NCBI GenBank assembly: GCA_951406725.2
Contig: OX597814.1
Coordinates: 185,008,001 to 185,072,000 of the forward strand
DNA: 64,000 bases
Direction: 5' to 3'
Origin: Octopus vulgaris
Taxonomy: Eukaryota
In this document: in pieces, positions 13,603 through 26,748 of the stretch
Position numbering within the stretch: position 1 is the first letter of the stretch
Layout: each line of letters starts with the position of its first letter
The notes under the pieces: generated by a model
Told to the model about the DNA's origin: nothing
Database searches by the model: none
Seen by the model: the letters and a program-made list of their open reading frames with translations, nothing else
Translations under genes and position numbers: made by a program

Positions 13603-13805
13603 TAACAACCACAACAACAACAAAAACTATAACAACATCGAAAAATACCTTAGGAATGAGAGTGCAGGTTCGAAATTTCCCCAAGACACCTGATGAAGGC
13701 TGGAGGGTATATCAGCCGAAATGTGTTAACAAACAAGATGAGGACAAATATCCATCAATTGTAAATAATGTAAATAATGTACATAATTCCTGATCTCTTA
13801 AATAT
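13318..13805 (+). mobile_element. Family H element, right arm, with partial internal duplication (13460-13524 repeated at 13631-13697)
   Basis: CATATGCTGTAGTGGTTAAGAGCGCGGGCTACTAACCCCAAGATTCCAAGTTCGATTCC head, (TAA)n, body, HHR. Confidence 0.75.
13686..13727 (+). ncRNA. Minimal hammerhead motif with 3-nt deletion in stem III
   Basis: ACAC-CTGATGAA-GGCTG(GAGGGTATAT)CAGCC-GAAA-T-GTGT. Confidence 0.7.
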
Positions 13806-13941
13806 AAAACTGGGTGACAATTTTGTTAAATAACCCAGTGAAGTCGAATTAAGTAGTAGCTTACACTACACATTTAACCAGCATTTCTAAACAGAGATCT
13901 CTATGTTGGGAAGCATACTGCAGAGTAAGATTAGAGATACC

Positions 13942-14359
13942 TATTTCTTTACTGCCCACAAGGGGCTAAACACAGAGAGGACAAACAAGGATAGACAAAC
14001 GGAGTAAGTCGATTATATCGACCCCAGTGCGTAACTGGTACTTAATTTATCGACCCTGAAAGGATGAAAGGAAAAATCGATCTCTGCGGAATTTGAACTC
14101 AGAACGTAACGGCAGACGAAATACCCCTAAGCATTTTGCCCGGCGTGCTAACGCTACTGCCAGCTTGTAGCCTTCCATCAGACGACGGATTAGGTCAATC
14201 ATATCGACCCCAGTGCGTAACTGGTACTTAATTTATCGACCACCAAAGGATGAAAGGCAAAGTCGACCTCGGCGGAATTTGAACTCAGAACGTAACGGCA
14301 GACGAAATACGGCTACGCATTTTGCCCGGCGTGCTAACGTTTCTGCCAGCTCGCCGCCT
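13942..14359 (-). mobile_element. SINE family B, dimeric, with 16-bp TSD
   Basis: Two tandem body units; TAAGATTAGAGATACC at 13926-13941 and 14360-14375. Confidence 0.92.
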
Positions 14360-14857
14360 TAAGATTAGAGATACCATTAGCTGACTTGTAAGCGGGATGA
14401 TTGGTTGGTTGACTGGTGGTTTAGCTTCCTGATTAGCTGATTAGTTAACTGGTTGTTTAGTTGGTTAGCTGGTTGCTTGGTTGTTTTGTTGGTTACTTGA
14501 CTGGTTTGAAGACAATAACGACGGACAAAATAAGGTCAAAATGAAGAGCTCAGCTAACCCAAGACAGAAATCTTATTTGTATAGCAAGGTGAAGACTACT
14601 TCATTTGTACCGACAAGTATCTGATACCCTACAGAAATGAGAGAATCTTGCCAAAATTTCATACAAATAAATCTGAAGTTTTCCTAGCTCTCCTCATCTC
14701 TCTGTAGTAGGAATCAATCAATACGCGCAATAAAATAGTAATATATTTGAAGCAAAATACTTTCCAACAGATGCTATTGTTGGTCAAAACAAAAAAGATG
14801 TTATTGGCTGTATGCAAGAGAGCTGGTTGGCTAAGTAGAGGGCTAGCTGGTCAGACT

Positions 14858-14863
14858 ATTATT

Positions 14864-14917
<54 letters not shown>

Positions 14918-15055
14918 GTCGTCGTCGTCGTCGTCGTCATCATCATTATTATCATCATCATCATCATCATTATTATTATTATTATTGTTATTATTATTGT
15001 TGTTGTTATTATTATTATTGTTATAATTATTATTATTATTATTATCATTAGTATT

Positions 15056-15103
<48 letters not shown>
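14858..15103. repeat. (ATC)n/(GTC)n/(ATT)n microsatellite
   Basis: Direct tandem repeats. Confidence 0.95.
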
Positions 15104-15660
15104 GAGTGAGAGAGCAGTGCATGCCATCAAAGTGACACTGGGGTACAAATATACGAAGCCCAGTATACCCATCATGACTACCCGTCTGACAAGGGTACAC
15201 TAGCCACATGCATCACAACCATATCTGCGTGACATAGTGATCTCATATTAAGACTAACAGCACATGACCTTGCAGGTGGGGCCCAGTAAGAATTTTCTTC
15301 TGGTCAAGAAGCCCATCCCGCTCAAAAGGTCCCTGAATAAAGGCTCTTTAAGGATGTTGAGTGAAACACCCATGTTTCCAAAGGTGAATTATCCAAGCCT
15401 CTAAGAATTCCTCTCAATACATGACTATGATGCTCCCCCAATACTTCTGCTCGTGATCAGAGATGCACATATCTTCAGCCACTAAGGGACATGCTCAACT
15501 GGTTAAGGTCATACAACTGACAAGCAAATCTGTGGTACTGAGTAGAATATTTGCTGTAGCCCATCTTTTATACCAAAACAAAACAATGTACATGATAACA
15601 CTTCCAATTAGTTAAGATGAAACGTCATGAAAGCCACTGCTTGGTACTGCATTAGGGCAT

Positions 15661-15662
<2 letters not shown>
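15104..15662 (-). mobile_element. Family C element, full length, in (TAA)n
   Basis: Reverse complement of 61258-61816; (ATT)n on both sides. Confidence 0.9.
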
Positions 15663-15691
<29 letters not shown>

Positions 15692-15754
15692 TATTATTAT
15701 TATTATTATTATTATTATCATTAGTATTATTGTTGTTGTTGTTATTATTATTAT

Positions 15755-16245
15755 TTATTGTATTAAAACGCACAGCTTATTTTGCGGGGTATGATGGAAA
15801 GTGTTAGCTGTCCACAGCCAACAGACTAAGTCGGTTTGATGGTCATGCAGCAAGGATTCTGCGAAGATTTCTTGTAGTTCCAAGCAATGCTGATTTTTGT
15901 AGATATTCTACCTTCACACTTGCACCGATCTTTTTCAGCCATGCTGGTAGCTGAGTGCTGATACTTCCAAGTGCACCAATTACTATTGGTATCACGTCTA
16001 CTCTCTTCATTGACCATAACCTTCGTATTTCCTACATTAAATCGTCCTAGTTGTTTATTTCTTCTTTCACATTGATCTTGTTGTCACCGGGGCATACTAT
16101 GTCGATTATCATACATGTTCTTTCTTTTTATTCACCACAACAGTGTCCAGTTTCCGACGTCTGGTCAGGTAATCGCAATGGATCATTGCATCTCACAGGG
16201 TTTTGCAATTCTCATTTTCGGTGACTCCGTCTGGGGTTTGCTCAT
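15755..16245 (-). mobile_element. R4/Dong-clade LINE 3' end: restriction-like endonuclease pseudogene, 3' UTR and (TAA)n tail
   Basis: Reverse strand: EQTPDGVTENENCKTL*DAMIHCD...KRTCMIIDIVCPGDNKINVKE...EIRRLWSMKRVDVIPIVIGALG...LQKSALLGTTRNLRRIL*, then AATAAATAATAAT. Confidence 0.85.
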
Positions 16246-16290
<45 letters not shown>

Positions 16291-16318
16291 AATTAGTAGT
16301 AGTAGTAGTAGTAGTAGT

Positions 16319-16523
16319 AAGACGGTGTGCTGGTTGAATCGTTAGCACGTTGGGCGAAATGCTAGGCATTTCGTCCGCTTTTACGTTCTGAGATCAAATC
16401 CCGCCAAGGTCGACTTGGCCTTTCATCCTTTCGGGGTTCGATAAAATAAGTACCAGTTATGCACTGGGGTCGACTTGTAATCGACTTATATCCCATGCCC
16501 CGAAATCGCTGGCTTTGAAACCA
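16319..16523 (+). mobile_element. SINE family B, short-tail variant
   Basis: Colinear with family B. Confidence 0.85.
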
Positions 16524-16991
16524 ATTTTATATTTCGAAAATATCCAATCAATTTATTTACTTTCGTTTTTATTGTTTTTTTCCTTTACTTTTCTCTCTCT
16601 CTCTCTCTCTCACGCGCACACACACTCTTTCCTGTTTCTTCCTTCTCCTTTCTCTCTCTCTCTCTCGTTCTCTCGCTACTTTTTTCTTCACCCCTATTCG
16701 CGCCATTACTTTGGAGTGTAAATTCTGCTTCCTTCCCCTCTTGCCATTCTGCCAAATGTACCCATTCACTGCACTGTTATTGATCACCAATAACAGTGAA
16801 GAAACAAGATTAACCTGATTGAAGTCTAGGAAGCAAAACAATCCCCATTATAACCCCCTTTATTCATTTATTTATTTATTTATTTATTTAGTTATTCATC
16901 AACTTTACCCATTCCCCCATCCGTCCATTCATCCAAACATCCACCTTACCACCCAACCCAATCAAATCAAAAAGCGCAAAACGAATAGCCG

Positions 16992-17368
<377 letters not shown>

Positions 17369-17979
17369 TGTATTTAACGAAATATACGAATAAATAAGCA
17401 ATACTGTTGTCACCAGTCAAACGCAGAATCGTAATCCATTTAAAGCTGAAGTCGAGATAAAGAATTAGCAGCCACATCATTATCATTATCATCAACAAGA
17501 ACAACAACAACAGTAGTAGCAGCAGCAGCAACGACGACAGCAATAATAGTCGCAGCATTGGCAGCGACAGTGGCAGCAGCAGCACTGGCAGCAGCAGCAC
17601 TGGCAGCAGCAGCAGCAACCTCACATGTAGGTACAATTATGTCTGCATTCATAAATGGGACATATTTCCAAGTGTTTGCCAACAATGAAGAAATTATATA
17701 GGACATCGTCAAGGATCTCATTGATGACAACGTTGGTGATTTTGTTGTTGTTGTTATTGCTGCTGCTGCTACTGCTACTGCTGCTGCTGCTTCTAACACT
17801 ATCACTATTATCGATAATATTCACCTCACTCACCACACAGGCACACTCACTTTATTCTTAAAGATTGATTGACTGTTTCTTTTGTTCTCTCCTTTATTTC
17901 AGTTCGAATTCATGGTGGGCGGTGTTTTTTAATCATCTTATATTTTTCACTTTTACATTTATTCCTCAATTTAAATCTT

Positions 17980-18087
17980 TATTATTATTATTATTATTGT
18001 CGTTCTTCTTGTTGTTGCTATTATTATTATTATTATTATTATCATTATTATTATTATTATTATTATTATTTATTATTATTATTATTA

Positions 18088-18130
<43 letters not shown>

Positions 18131-18140
18131 AATTATTATG

Positions 18141-18175
<35 letters not shown>

Positions 18176-18219
18176 CATTATTATTATTATTATTATTATT
18201 ACAATTATTATTATTATTA

Positions 18220-18259
<40 letters not shown>

Positions 18260-18269
18260 AATTATTATG

Positions 18270-18311
<42 letters not shown>

Positions 18312-18357
18312 ACAATTATTATTATTATTATTTTTATTACTATTATTATTATTATTA

Positions 18358-18392
<35 letters not shown>

Positions 18393-18398
18393 GTTATT
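17980..18398. repeat. Long (ATT)n microsatellite with repeated interruptions
   Basis: Direct tandem repeat; ACAATTATTATG interruption recurs. Confidence 0.95.
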
Positions 18399-18833
18399 AA
18401 TATCAGCTTTGTTCTATTCTCTTGTGCCGCCAGCAAAAACTCTGCTGGTGTGTGTGTGTGTGTGTGTAAATAGGTATAGGTATATATACATACAGACAAA
18501 CATACATACATACAGACAAACATACATACATTCATTCATAGAATGTTCGTACATACAAACGTTCGTACTTACATACATACATGCATACATACATACATGT
18601 ACGCATGAACATACACATATACAAGGTAACATTCAATGCATTTATAACTTTCTTTGTGAGATATTAATTCAATTTAACTCTTCTATATTTATAATGTGTG
18701 TTATATATATGGGATGTGTGTGTATGTGTCTGTGCCAGTGTGTGCGTGTGTGTATTTGTGTATATGAGTACATATCTATGTATATACATACATACACACG
18801 CCCAAACACACACATACACACACACACACACAC

Positions 18834-18875
<42 letters not shown>

Positions 18876-18877
18876 AC

Positions 18878-18942
<65 letters not shown>

Positions 18943-19779
18943 AATATATATACATGCATACAGGCACACAGACATATGAATACTGATATTTCGTTTAGAC
19001 ACAGCTTCATTCTGAAGCATATGTATATGTATATACGTACATACAGACATGCGTAGATGTATGTATATATGTATGTATGTATGTATGTATGAATGTATAT
19101 ATGTATGTTTTTTTACATATATAAACATATGTATTTACATATTTGTATGTAAAAGTAGTCATACATGCATACATACATACATACATACATACATACATAC
19201 ATACATACATACACATATGTATTTACCACTGTTTGGCATAATTTATTGTATATTATGCTTGCACTGAAAAAGATATTTGAGGAAGAAAAAAGAAAGACAC
19301 AAAAACACAGACAAACACAAGAGACAAAAACGAGAAAAATGCATAGAATAACTACGAAAAACCAATGAGTAAGAAATCTATTGTTAAGAGACAAAAAAAA
19401 AAGAGAGAGAGATAAAGATAAGATAATAAAATATTTCATTTCAATATTATATGCAAACTTATAAAATCAACAACTTATATATATATATATATATGGACAC
19501 ACTGACACACAAATACATATATAGTGTTTTTGTGTGTGTGTGTGCTTTCCTTTGTGACGACGCGAGGGCTTGTGTGGAAGATTATGGATATATAATCAGT
19601 GCCTCCTCTTCCTCCTCCTCCCGCTCCTCTTGCGTTTTTCTCGTCATCATCGTCATCATCATCACCATCATTACGATCGTTTTATCGTCTGCATCGATAT
19701 CAATATTGTCACTCTCTCGGCATCGTTAGTTATTGTAGTCTTTTCTTCCTTTTTCATCGGTTTTACTTTACCTTATCGG

Positions 19780-19840
19780 CTATCATTATCGTCGTCGTAG
19801 TCATCGTCATCATTCATAGCATTCATCATCATCATTATCG

Positions 19841-19876
<36 letters not shown>

Positions 19877-20117
19877 TCATCAACATCATCGTCATCATCA
19901 TCACCATCACCATCACCATCGTCGTCGTCCTCGTCATCAGGTTATATATAATACATAGAGTTAGATAGATAGACAGACGCAAACAGTTAGGCAGACAGAC
20001 AGACAGACAGTCAGACAGACAGATAGGCAGATAGATAGACAGATAGATAGATAGATACATACATACATACATACATACATAGATCGATCGATCGATCAAT
20101 AGATAGATAGATAGATC

Positions 20118-20200
<83 letters not shown>

Positions 20201-20223
20201 GGGTAGGTAGATAGATAGATAGG

Positions 20224-20305
<82 letters not shown>
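19780..20305. repeat. (CAT)n then (GACA)n/(GATA)n microsatellites
   Basis: Direct tandem repeats. Confidence 0.95.
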
Positions 20306-20413
20306 TTTATGGTGAAGGAAAAGAAATGGAAAAATAAGAATGCTTCTAACAATGCAGAAAACTTTACAAAAATCTTTAAATATTTAACGCAAAGGCCCAT
20401 CCCCAGAATAAAA

Positions 20414-20488
20414 CCGTCTGGGAAATGCCCAGTTACACTGATTCCGTTATCTTAACGGAATAGGTGAAACTGATCATTTCCCAGACTG
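20414..20488. repeat. 36-bp-arm inverted repeat, 3-nt loop
   Basis: CCGTCTGGGAAATGCCCAGTTACACTGATTCCGTTA / TAACGGAATAGGTGAAACTGATCATTTCCCAGACTG, 30/36 complementary by hand count. Confidence 0.85.
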
Positions 20489-21347
20489 CTTTTCTATTTT
20501 CTTTTCGTTCTTTGGTTCCACAAGGCTTCCAGCGAACTTTTATATATATTCATATATATTATCGCCATCATCATTCTTCGCCTTCTTATCTTTCATCATG
20601 ATCATGATCATCACGTTCAGTCCATCAACATGTATACATGTATGTGTGCATGTATGTATGTATGTCTGTATATATCTATGCATGCATGCATGTATGTATG
20701 TCTTCTCTTTCTCTTTTTAATTTGGAGTAAATTTTTGATCGGTCACCGACTTGGCAGCAAGGTTGTGAAGGAAATTCTAATGATTAAACTGTTAACCTTT
20801 AAATCTTAAGAATGCTTTGCAGATTTTTATAGCCTCATATATCGTGGCTTATGAATTAAGGATTCATGTTCTCTCCCCAGTATTCTAAATTCAGCCATAC
20901 TTTGCTCCAGACTGGTTGCTATGTATTCTGTTGCTCTAATATGTATGTAAGTAAGTATGTATGTATGTATGTATGTATGTATGTATGTATGTATGTATGT
21001 ATGTATGTATATATGTATGTATGTGTGTGTGTGTGTGTATGTTTGTATGTATGCATCTAAGTATGTATGTGTGTATGTATGTGTGTATGTATGTTTGTAT
21101 GTATGTATGTACATATGTATGTATGTACGTACTATGTATGTACGTACGTAGGTATGTATGTATGTATGTATGTATGTATGTATGTATGTATGTATGTATG
21201 TATGTATGTGTGCGTATGTATGCACATACGTACGCGCAATATTTAGATACATGCATATAGCAACGCCGGATCACCGTAATAATGATAATAATTGTTAGCT
21301 TGTACTTACTATATCGATCCTGGAAGGATGAATGACAAAGTCGACAT

Positions 21348-22058
21348 CCTCACTCGGAACTATCAAGCTAACATCATCCACAATGAGGTAGACAAAAAAG
21401 TGCAGACTCTGAAATGACAAACTGGAAACTCTCCAGTGAAGAGTATTGACCACATTGTTGCCATATTGTTGCCGTTTGCTCAGTCCTTGCCCTTATAGAA
21501 TATAAAGCCTGGCATGATCGAGTTGGCCAATACTTGCACTAGAGTGTACGTCGTCACTATAATATCCCGCACCTAAGAACTGGTATGAACACCATCCAGA
21601 GCCAGTCACTGAAGGAGAGAATGTTACCATCCAATAGGATTACCGGATACATACAGACAGGCAAATAAATACTAAGCGACCAGACATCATCATCAAGGAT
21701 CTAAGACAAAAAACATGCTTGTTAATTGATATGACAATGCCTACTGATAGAAATATCTCAGCAAAAGAATTTTTAAAAACTGTCAAAATATAAGGACCTT
21801 GAGACCTTGAGATTGAGATATCTAGGAAGATGAAAGAAAGAATCGAAACCATCCCTGTTGTTTTAGATGTCCTGGGAATGATCAAGAAAGTCAGTGACAA
21901 ATTTTTGACCAGTCCTTAGGAAACCAACAATCTACGTGATTCAAAAAATTGTGTTGACATCAACCGCCCACATTCTCAAGAAGTTTCTCTCCATCTAATA
22001 TATACATGCCTTATGTCTCTGATTGAGACCCAGCCGGAAGATGAAGTAAAATGTAAAT
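21348..22058 (+). mobile_element. R4/Dong-clade LINE relic: CCHC knuckle plus RLE domain, pseudogenised
   Basis: LTRNYQANII...CRL*NDKLET..IDHIVA..CSVLA..EYKAWHDRVGQYLH*...NWYEHHPEPVTEGENVTIQ*DYRIHTDRQINTKRPDIIIKD...CLLIDMTMPTDRNISAKEF; PD-(D/E)xK endonuclease, with stops and frameshifts. Confidence 0.88.
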
Positions 22059-22215
22059 CAATTGGAAAAACACCTACAAAATCAGTATTGCTTGGAAATG
22101 CAAACATTTTTTCACAAGGTTCTTGAAGCATGACCAATAAATAAGTGCTACTCTTGTCTGCTGGCTGTGGACAGCTGACAGTTTCCATCCTACTCAGAAT
22201 AATAAGCGAAGATTC
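22059..22215 (+). mobile_element. Second R4/Dong 3' end (same family as 15755-16245)
   Basis: LQKSVLLGNANI; UTR GTCTGCTGGCTGTGGACAGCTGACAGTTTCCATC matches the 15790-15825 reverse complement. Confidence 0.75.
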
Positions 22216-22254
22216 TTCATCATATGTAATCTCAAGTTTTAAAATCCTACGCAA

Positions 22255-22465
22255 AATACTTTCTATGTAATCTCAAGATTTAAAACAAACACATAATTTT
22301 CTTATGGTTCCTTAAACATTCTCTAGAACAACACTCTGTACAAAACCAAATATATGGCACCCTAGTCATAACACCAACATGAACTTCTAACTTGTTGTCT
22401 CTTGAGGTCTCTGGGTGAGACTTGGAGCCAACATGTATGAATGTAAAGCAAAAGTCATACATAAA

Positions 22466-22534
<69 letters not shown>

Positions 22535-22550
22535 CAACAACAACAACAAC
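22255..22550 (+). mobile_element. Probable third R4/Dong-type 3' UTR with (TAA)n tail
   Basis: TCTTGAGGTCTCTGGGTGAGACTTGGAGCC resembles TCTCTGATTGAGACCCAGCC at 22016; ends in a long (TAA)n. Confidence 0.55.
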
Positions 22551-22555
22551 AATAC

Positions 22556-23103
22556 ATGCAGTACAAGACAGTGGCTCTCATGGCTTCTGATCTTAACTGA
22601 TTGGAAGTGTTATCATGTACGTTGTTTTGTCTTGGTATAAAAGATGGGCTACAGCAAATATTCTGCTCAGTACCACAGATTTGCTTGTCAGTTGCTTGAC
22701 CTTAGCCAGTTAACCATGTCCCTTAGTGGCTGGCAATATGTGCATCTCTGTTCACGAGCAGAAGTAGTGGGGGAGCATCATAGCCATGTGTTGAAAGGAA
22801 TTCTTAGAGGTTTGGATAATTCACCTTTAGAAACATGGGCGGTTCGTTCAACATCCTCAAACAATCCTTATTTAGGAACCTTTTGAGTGGGATGGGCTAC
22901 TCGACCAGAAGAAAATTCTAACTGGGCCCCACCTGCAAGGTCATGTGCGGTTTATCTTGATATGAGATCACCATGTCGCGCACATATGGTTGTGATGCAT
23001 GTGCCTGATGTATCCTTATCAGACGGGTAGTCATGATGGGTATATTGGGCTTCGTATATTTTACCCCAGTGTCACTTTGATGGCATGCACTGCTCTCTCA
23101 CTC
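22556..23103 (+). mobile_element. Family C element, near full length
   Basis: Flanked by (TAA/CAA)n and (TAA)n; colinear with other C copies. Confidence 0.9.
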
Positions 23104-23149
<46 letters not shown>

Positions 23150-23151
<2 letters not shown>

Positions 23152-23365
23152 CGTTTCTCCTATAACCTCAAGACCTAAAAGTTTTGGGAAGGGGACTAGC
23201 CGATTACATCGACTCCACTACACAGCTGGTACTTATTACATTGATCCAGAAAGGATGAAAGACAAAGTGGACCTCACCGCTATTTCATATCTGTGAAAGC
23301 AAACACCCGGAAGAAATGATGTAAAGTGTTTTGTTCGGCTTACGATTTTGCCAGCTTGCCGCCTT
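23150..23365 (-). mobile_element. SINE family B, old copy (duplicate 1)
   Basis: Diverged from family B but nearly identical to 23900-24108. Confidence 0.8.
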
Positions 23366-23435
<70 letters not shown>

Positions 23436-23852
23436 GTCAGTTGTTTGACCTTAACCAGTTGAGCATGTCCCTTAGTGGCTGACGATATGTGCATCTCTGA
23501 TCACGAGCAGAAGTAGTGGGGGAGCATCATAGCCATGTGTTGAGAGGCATTCTTTGGGGTTTGAATAATTCACCTCTGGAAACATGGGTGGTTCTTTCAA
23601 CATCCTTAAACAACCCTTATTCAGGGACCTTTTGAGCGGGATGGGCTACTCAACCTGAAGAAAATTCTAACTGGGCCCCACCTGCAAGGTCATGTGCTGT
23701 TTATCTTGATATGAGATCACCATGTCGCGCACATATGGTTGTGATGCATGTGCCTGGTGTACCCTTATCAGACGGGTAGTCATGATGGGTATATTGGGCT
23801 TCGTATATTTTACTCCAGTGTCACTTTGATGGCATGAACTGCTCTCTCACTC
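23436..23852 (+). mobile_element. Family C element, 5'-truncated
   Basis: Starts at GTCAGTTGTTTGACC and keeps the CTCTCTCACTC-(AAT)n end. Confidence 0.9.
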
Positions 23853-23893
<41 letters not shown>

Positions 23894-23899
23894 TAATAA

Positions 23900-24108
23900 T
23901 CGTTTCTCCTATAATCTCAAGACCTAAAAGTTTTGGGAAGGGGACTAGCCGATTACATCGACTCCACTACACAGCTGGTACTTATTACATTGATCCAGAA
24001 AGGATGAAAGACAAAGTGGACCTCACCGCTATTTCATATCTGTGAAAGCAAACACCCGGAAGAAATGATGTAAAGTGTTTTGTTCGGCATTTTGCCAGCT
24101 CGCCGCCT
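23900..24108 (-). mobile_element. SINE family B, old copy (duplicate 2)
   Basis: Near-identical to 23150-23365. Confidence 0.8.
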
Positions 24109-24109
24109 T

Positions 24110-24260
<151 letters not shown>

Positions 24261-24264
24261 TAAT

Positions 24265-24327
<63 letters not shown>

Positions 24328-24329
<2 letters not shown>

Positions 24330-24450
24330 TTGTTAAACTATTCAGTGATGACATCAGAATGCAATTTGGCCTCGATAAGTTTGCAAAAGCTACTTTTATC
24401 AAAGGAAAAATGACAGAAACATCTAACGTTAACCTTGACCAGCAGAATGT
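24328..24450 (+). mobile_element. R4/Dong-clade reverse transcriptase fragment after (TAA)n
   Basis: IVKLFSDDIRMQFGLDKFAKATFIKGK matches the FSxDIxMxFGLDKC motif downstream of the YMDD catalytic box in R4-clade RTs. Confidence 0.75.
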
Positions 24451-24579
24451 CCACTCACAAGGCTTTGGTCGGCCCGAGGCTATAGTAGAAGACACTTGCC
24501 CAAGATGCCACACAGTGGGACTGAACCAGAACCATGTGGTTGGTAAGCAAGCTACTTACCACACAGCCACTCCTGCGCC
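24450..24579 (-). mobile_element. SINE family A, head fragment
   Basis: CCACTCACAAGGCTTTGG...CACTCCTGCGCC. Confidence 0.9.
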
Positions 24580-26482
24580 TATTTTTTTTTTTTTATATTT
24601 CCATCTTCGTTGTCTGCCGCTCCACTCCTGCTTCCATCTGCTCTCCCATCCCCGCAAGAAAATGCGATAATAGTTTTGGGAGTCGTGTTTCAGCCTCATC
24701 TGCTTCTGAGACGAACGGATTCGGCAGCAAGGTGTTTTTCCCCTACCGTCATCGCAAACAGCGATCGGTGGTACAATTGGAACAGCTGTTTCTGGAACTT
24801 TCTGCTATCACTGCTGCTCGGCTGCACATGAGTTTGCAGAATACTAAACCGGTTGCACGTTAATTTAACGAGTTACTAGTTCCATTAATCGAAAAATTAA
24901 ATCAATGTTTATCGTCGACTATGACGAAGGATCTATCAAAATAGCTATAAGCATTTTGTCTGACTTCTCCGTCACCATCATCACCACAACCACCACCACC
25001 ATCATCCCCCATTTTTTCTGTCATTCCACCATCGCCTCCATGGAAAACATGATTAAAAAGAAAGTTGAACTACGAATGTGTTCTTAGTATCAAACATATG
25101 TGTTATAAAGTTTGGTATTCACTTGACTGGCATTGTGTTTGTTAGTAAAAAGCTGACATATAAATCATTAGATGAATGAATAGCTAACCTCAATATTTTC
25201 CCTCCAAGCTTTCAAACATGACAGCCAGGAATAAGATTAGAAATAAACATTTATGACTCTGACTGTGCAGCCTGACTAGTGATAAGATATATTTTTTAAT
25301 GATTTTATCGTATAAAGAAAGGAAGGATAAGTAAATAAATACATATATAGATAAGTATATATAAATGTAGGCAGAAAGCAAACAGAAAACGATGGAGAAG
25401 GTGGCGGAGGAAAGGAGGGGAAGGTGGAGGAAGAAGACAGGAAGAAATAATACCACTACTACTACTACAACTAATTATTATTGTTGTTCTTCCTTTTCCT
25501 ATTATTTTTATCATCATCATCGTCATTAAAATCAAACTGCATGGAGGTCTGGGCGTGCCGTTGTTAAAGATCTTCAGATATGTGCGAAGGCTTTTCCTCT
25601 ATGGTGAACCGTTTGCTAGACGCACTTACCCCGCAGTTTTTCGCTTTGAAAGAGATGAAGTCCTGGAACAAGTTCCGACCGAAGCAGGGTGCCTAAACAC
25701 AAAGAGTTAGGCGCTCATAGATCTCTGCCGGTCGATCAATACGATCAGTTGTCTATCGGGGATTAGTATTAGCTCAGTTTCCTCAGGGAAACTCTCAGTA
25801 TCGATGAAAATCAATTCCCAGGCTACCCCATGTAGGACGGATCCGGCTATTGGCTGACTCCATTGTGAAGATCACCTCCACCGCGTTCCTTTGATCGGGA
25901 AGAACAAACAGTGTTTCTCTATTTGATGGCAATGGCGAAAGAGGTTGTGTGGTGGACGAAACTGAAAAAATTAAAGATAGACACTTTTTTTTTTCTGTTA
26001 AGCCCTCTGTGACTTTCAAATTCTATTTGAAATGGTGAGCGGGGAGAAGGAAGAGCTGATATCTTTTTTGAGATTTTAAAATTAAGTGAAAATTTTCAAA
26101 TTTGGTATATTGGTGTAACGTTCCACGCTGAATCTCAGGGCCTAATTCTTTTGTTCCAGTAAAATCTGTTAGAAAAGTTTCAGAGGTTTAAAGTTTGATA
26201 ACAGGACTTAGAAGCTATCATTTCGTGAGTGATGGCAATCGTTAGACGACAAAACAATAATGTCAACATTGCAACGATGGGACGTATTTTAAGCATTTTA
26301 ATAAACGAAAAACGACTAAACAAAACGAGTAAACAGCACATATTTTGTAGTTTTAAGCATTTAATATAGCATTTAATGTGAAAAAAAAGAGCAAACAACA
26401 CATTTTGTAGCTTTAAGAGCAGAAAAAGATGGGTACAAGCAGGAAAACAGCGTAAAATATCAGTTTATTAACACATGTTTTT

Positions 26483-26748
26483 TTTCGTGCTGTGTTCTTG
26501 AGCAAGACACTTGATTTCACCTTGCTCCAGTTCACACAGCTGTAGAAATGAGTTGCGACGTCACTGGTACCAAGTTGTATTGGACTTTGTTGCCTTTCTC
26601 TTGGATAACATTAGTGGAGAGGGAAGGCTGGTATGCATGAGCCACTGATGGTCTTCCATAAATTTCACCCGAACTTCTGCCTTGTGGTGGTGGGGATTTT
26701 CTAGGTGCAATCCCATGCTCATTCATGACCGAAGGTGGGTTTACTCTT
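26483..26748 (+). mobile_element. CORE-type SINE family F, headless
   Basis: TGTTCTTGAGCAAGACACTT..TTTCACCTTGCTCCAGT..CAGCTGTAGAAATGAG core-like segment; colinear with the 60003-60305 reverse complement. Confidence 0.75.

Noticed and set aside
13926-14375. CRISPR-like regular repeats in B multimers and other tandem units
   Set aside because: No unique spacers or cas genes; eukaryotic SINE tandem units.
17440-17836. CAG/GCA-rich stretch resembling a poly-Ala/Ser/Gln exon
   Set aside because: Low-complexity drift among trinucleotide repeats, with no recognisable domain or convincing splice sites.
25540-26000. Possible L1/Tx1 LINE relic (HGGLGVP); similar EGGFGI trace near 4673-4693 and RT-like trace at 38190-38400
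   Set aside because: Only short motifs are recognisable, too degraded to call without alignment.
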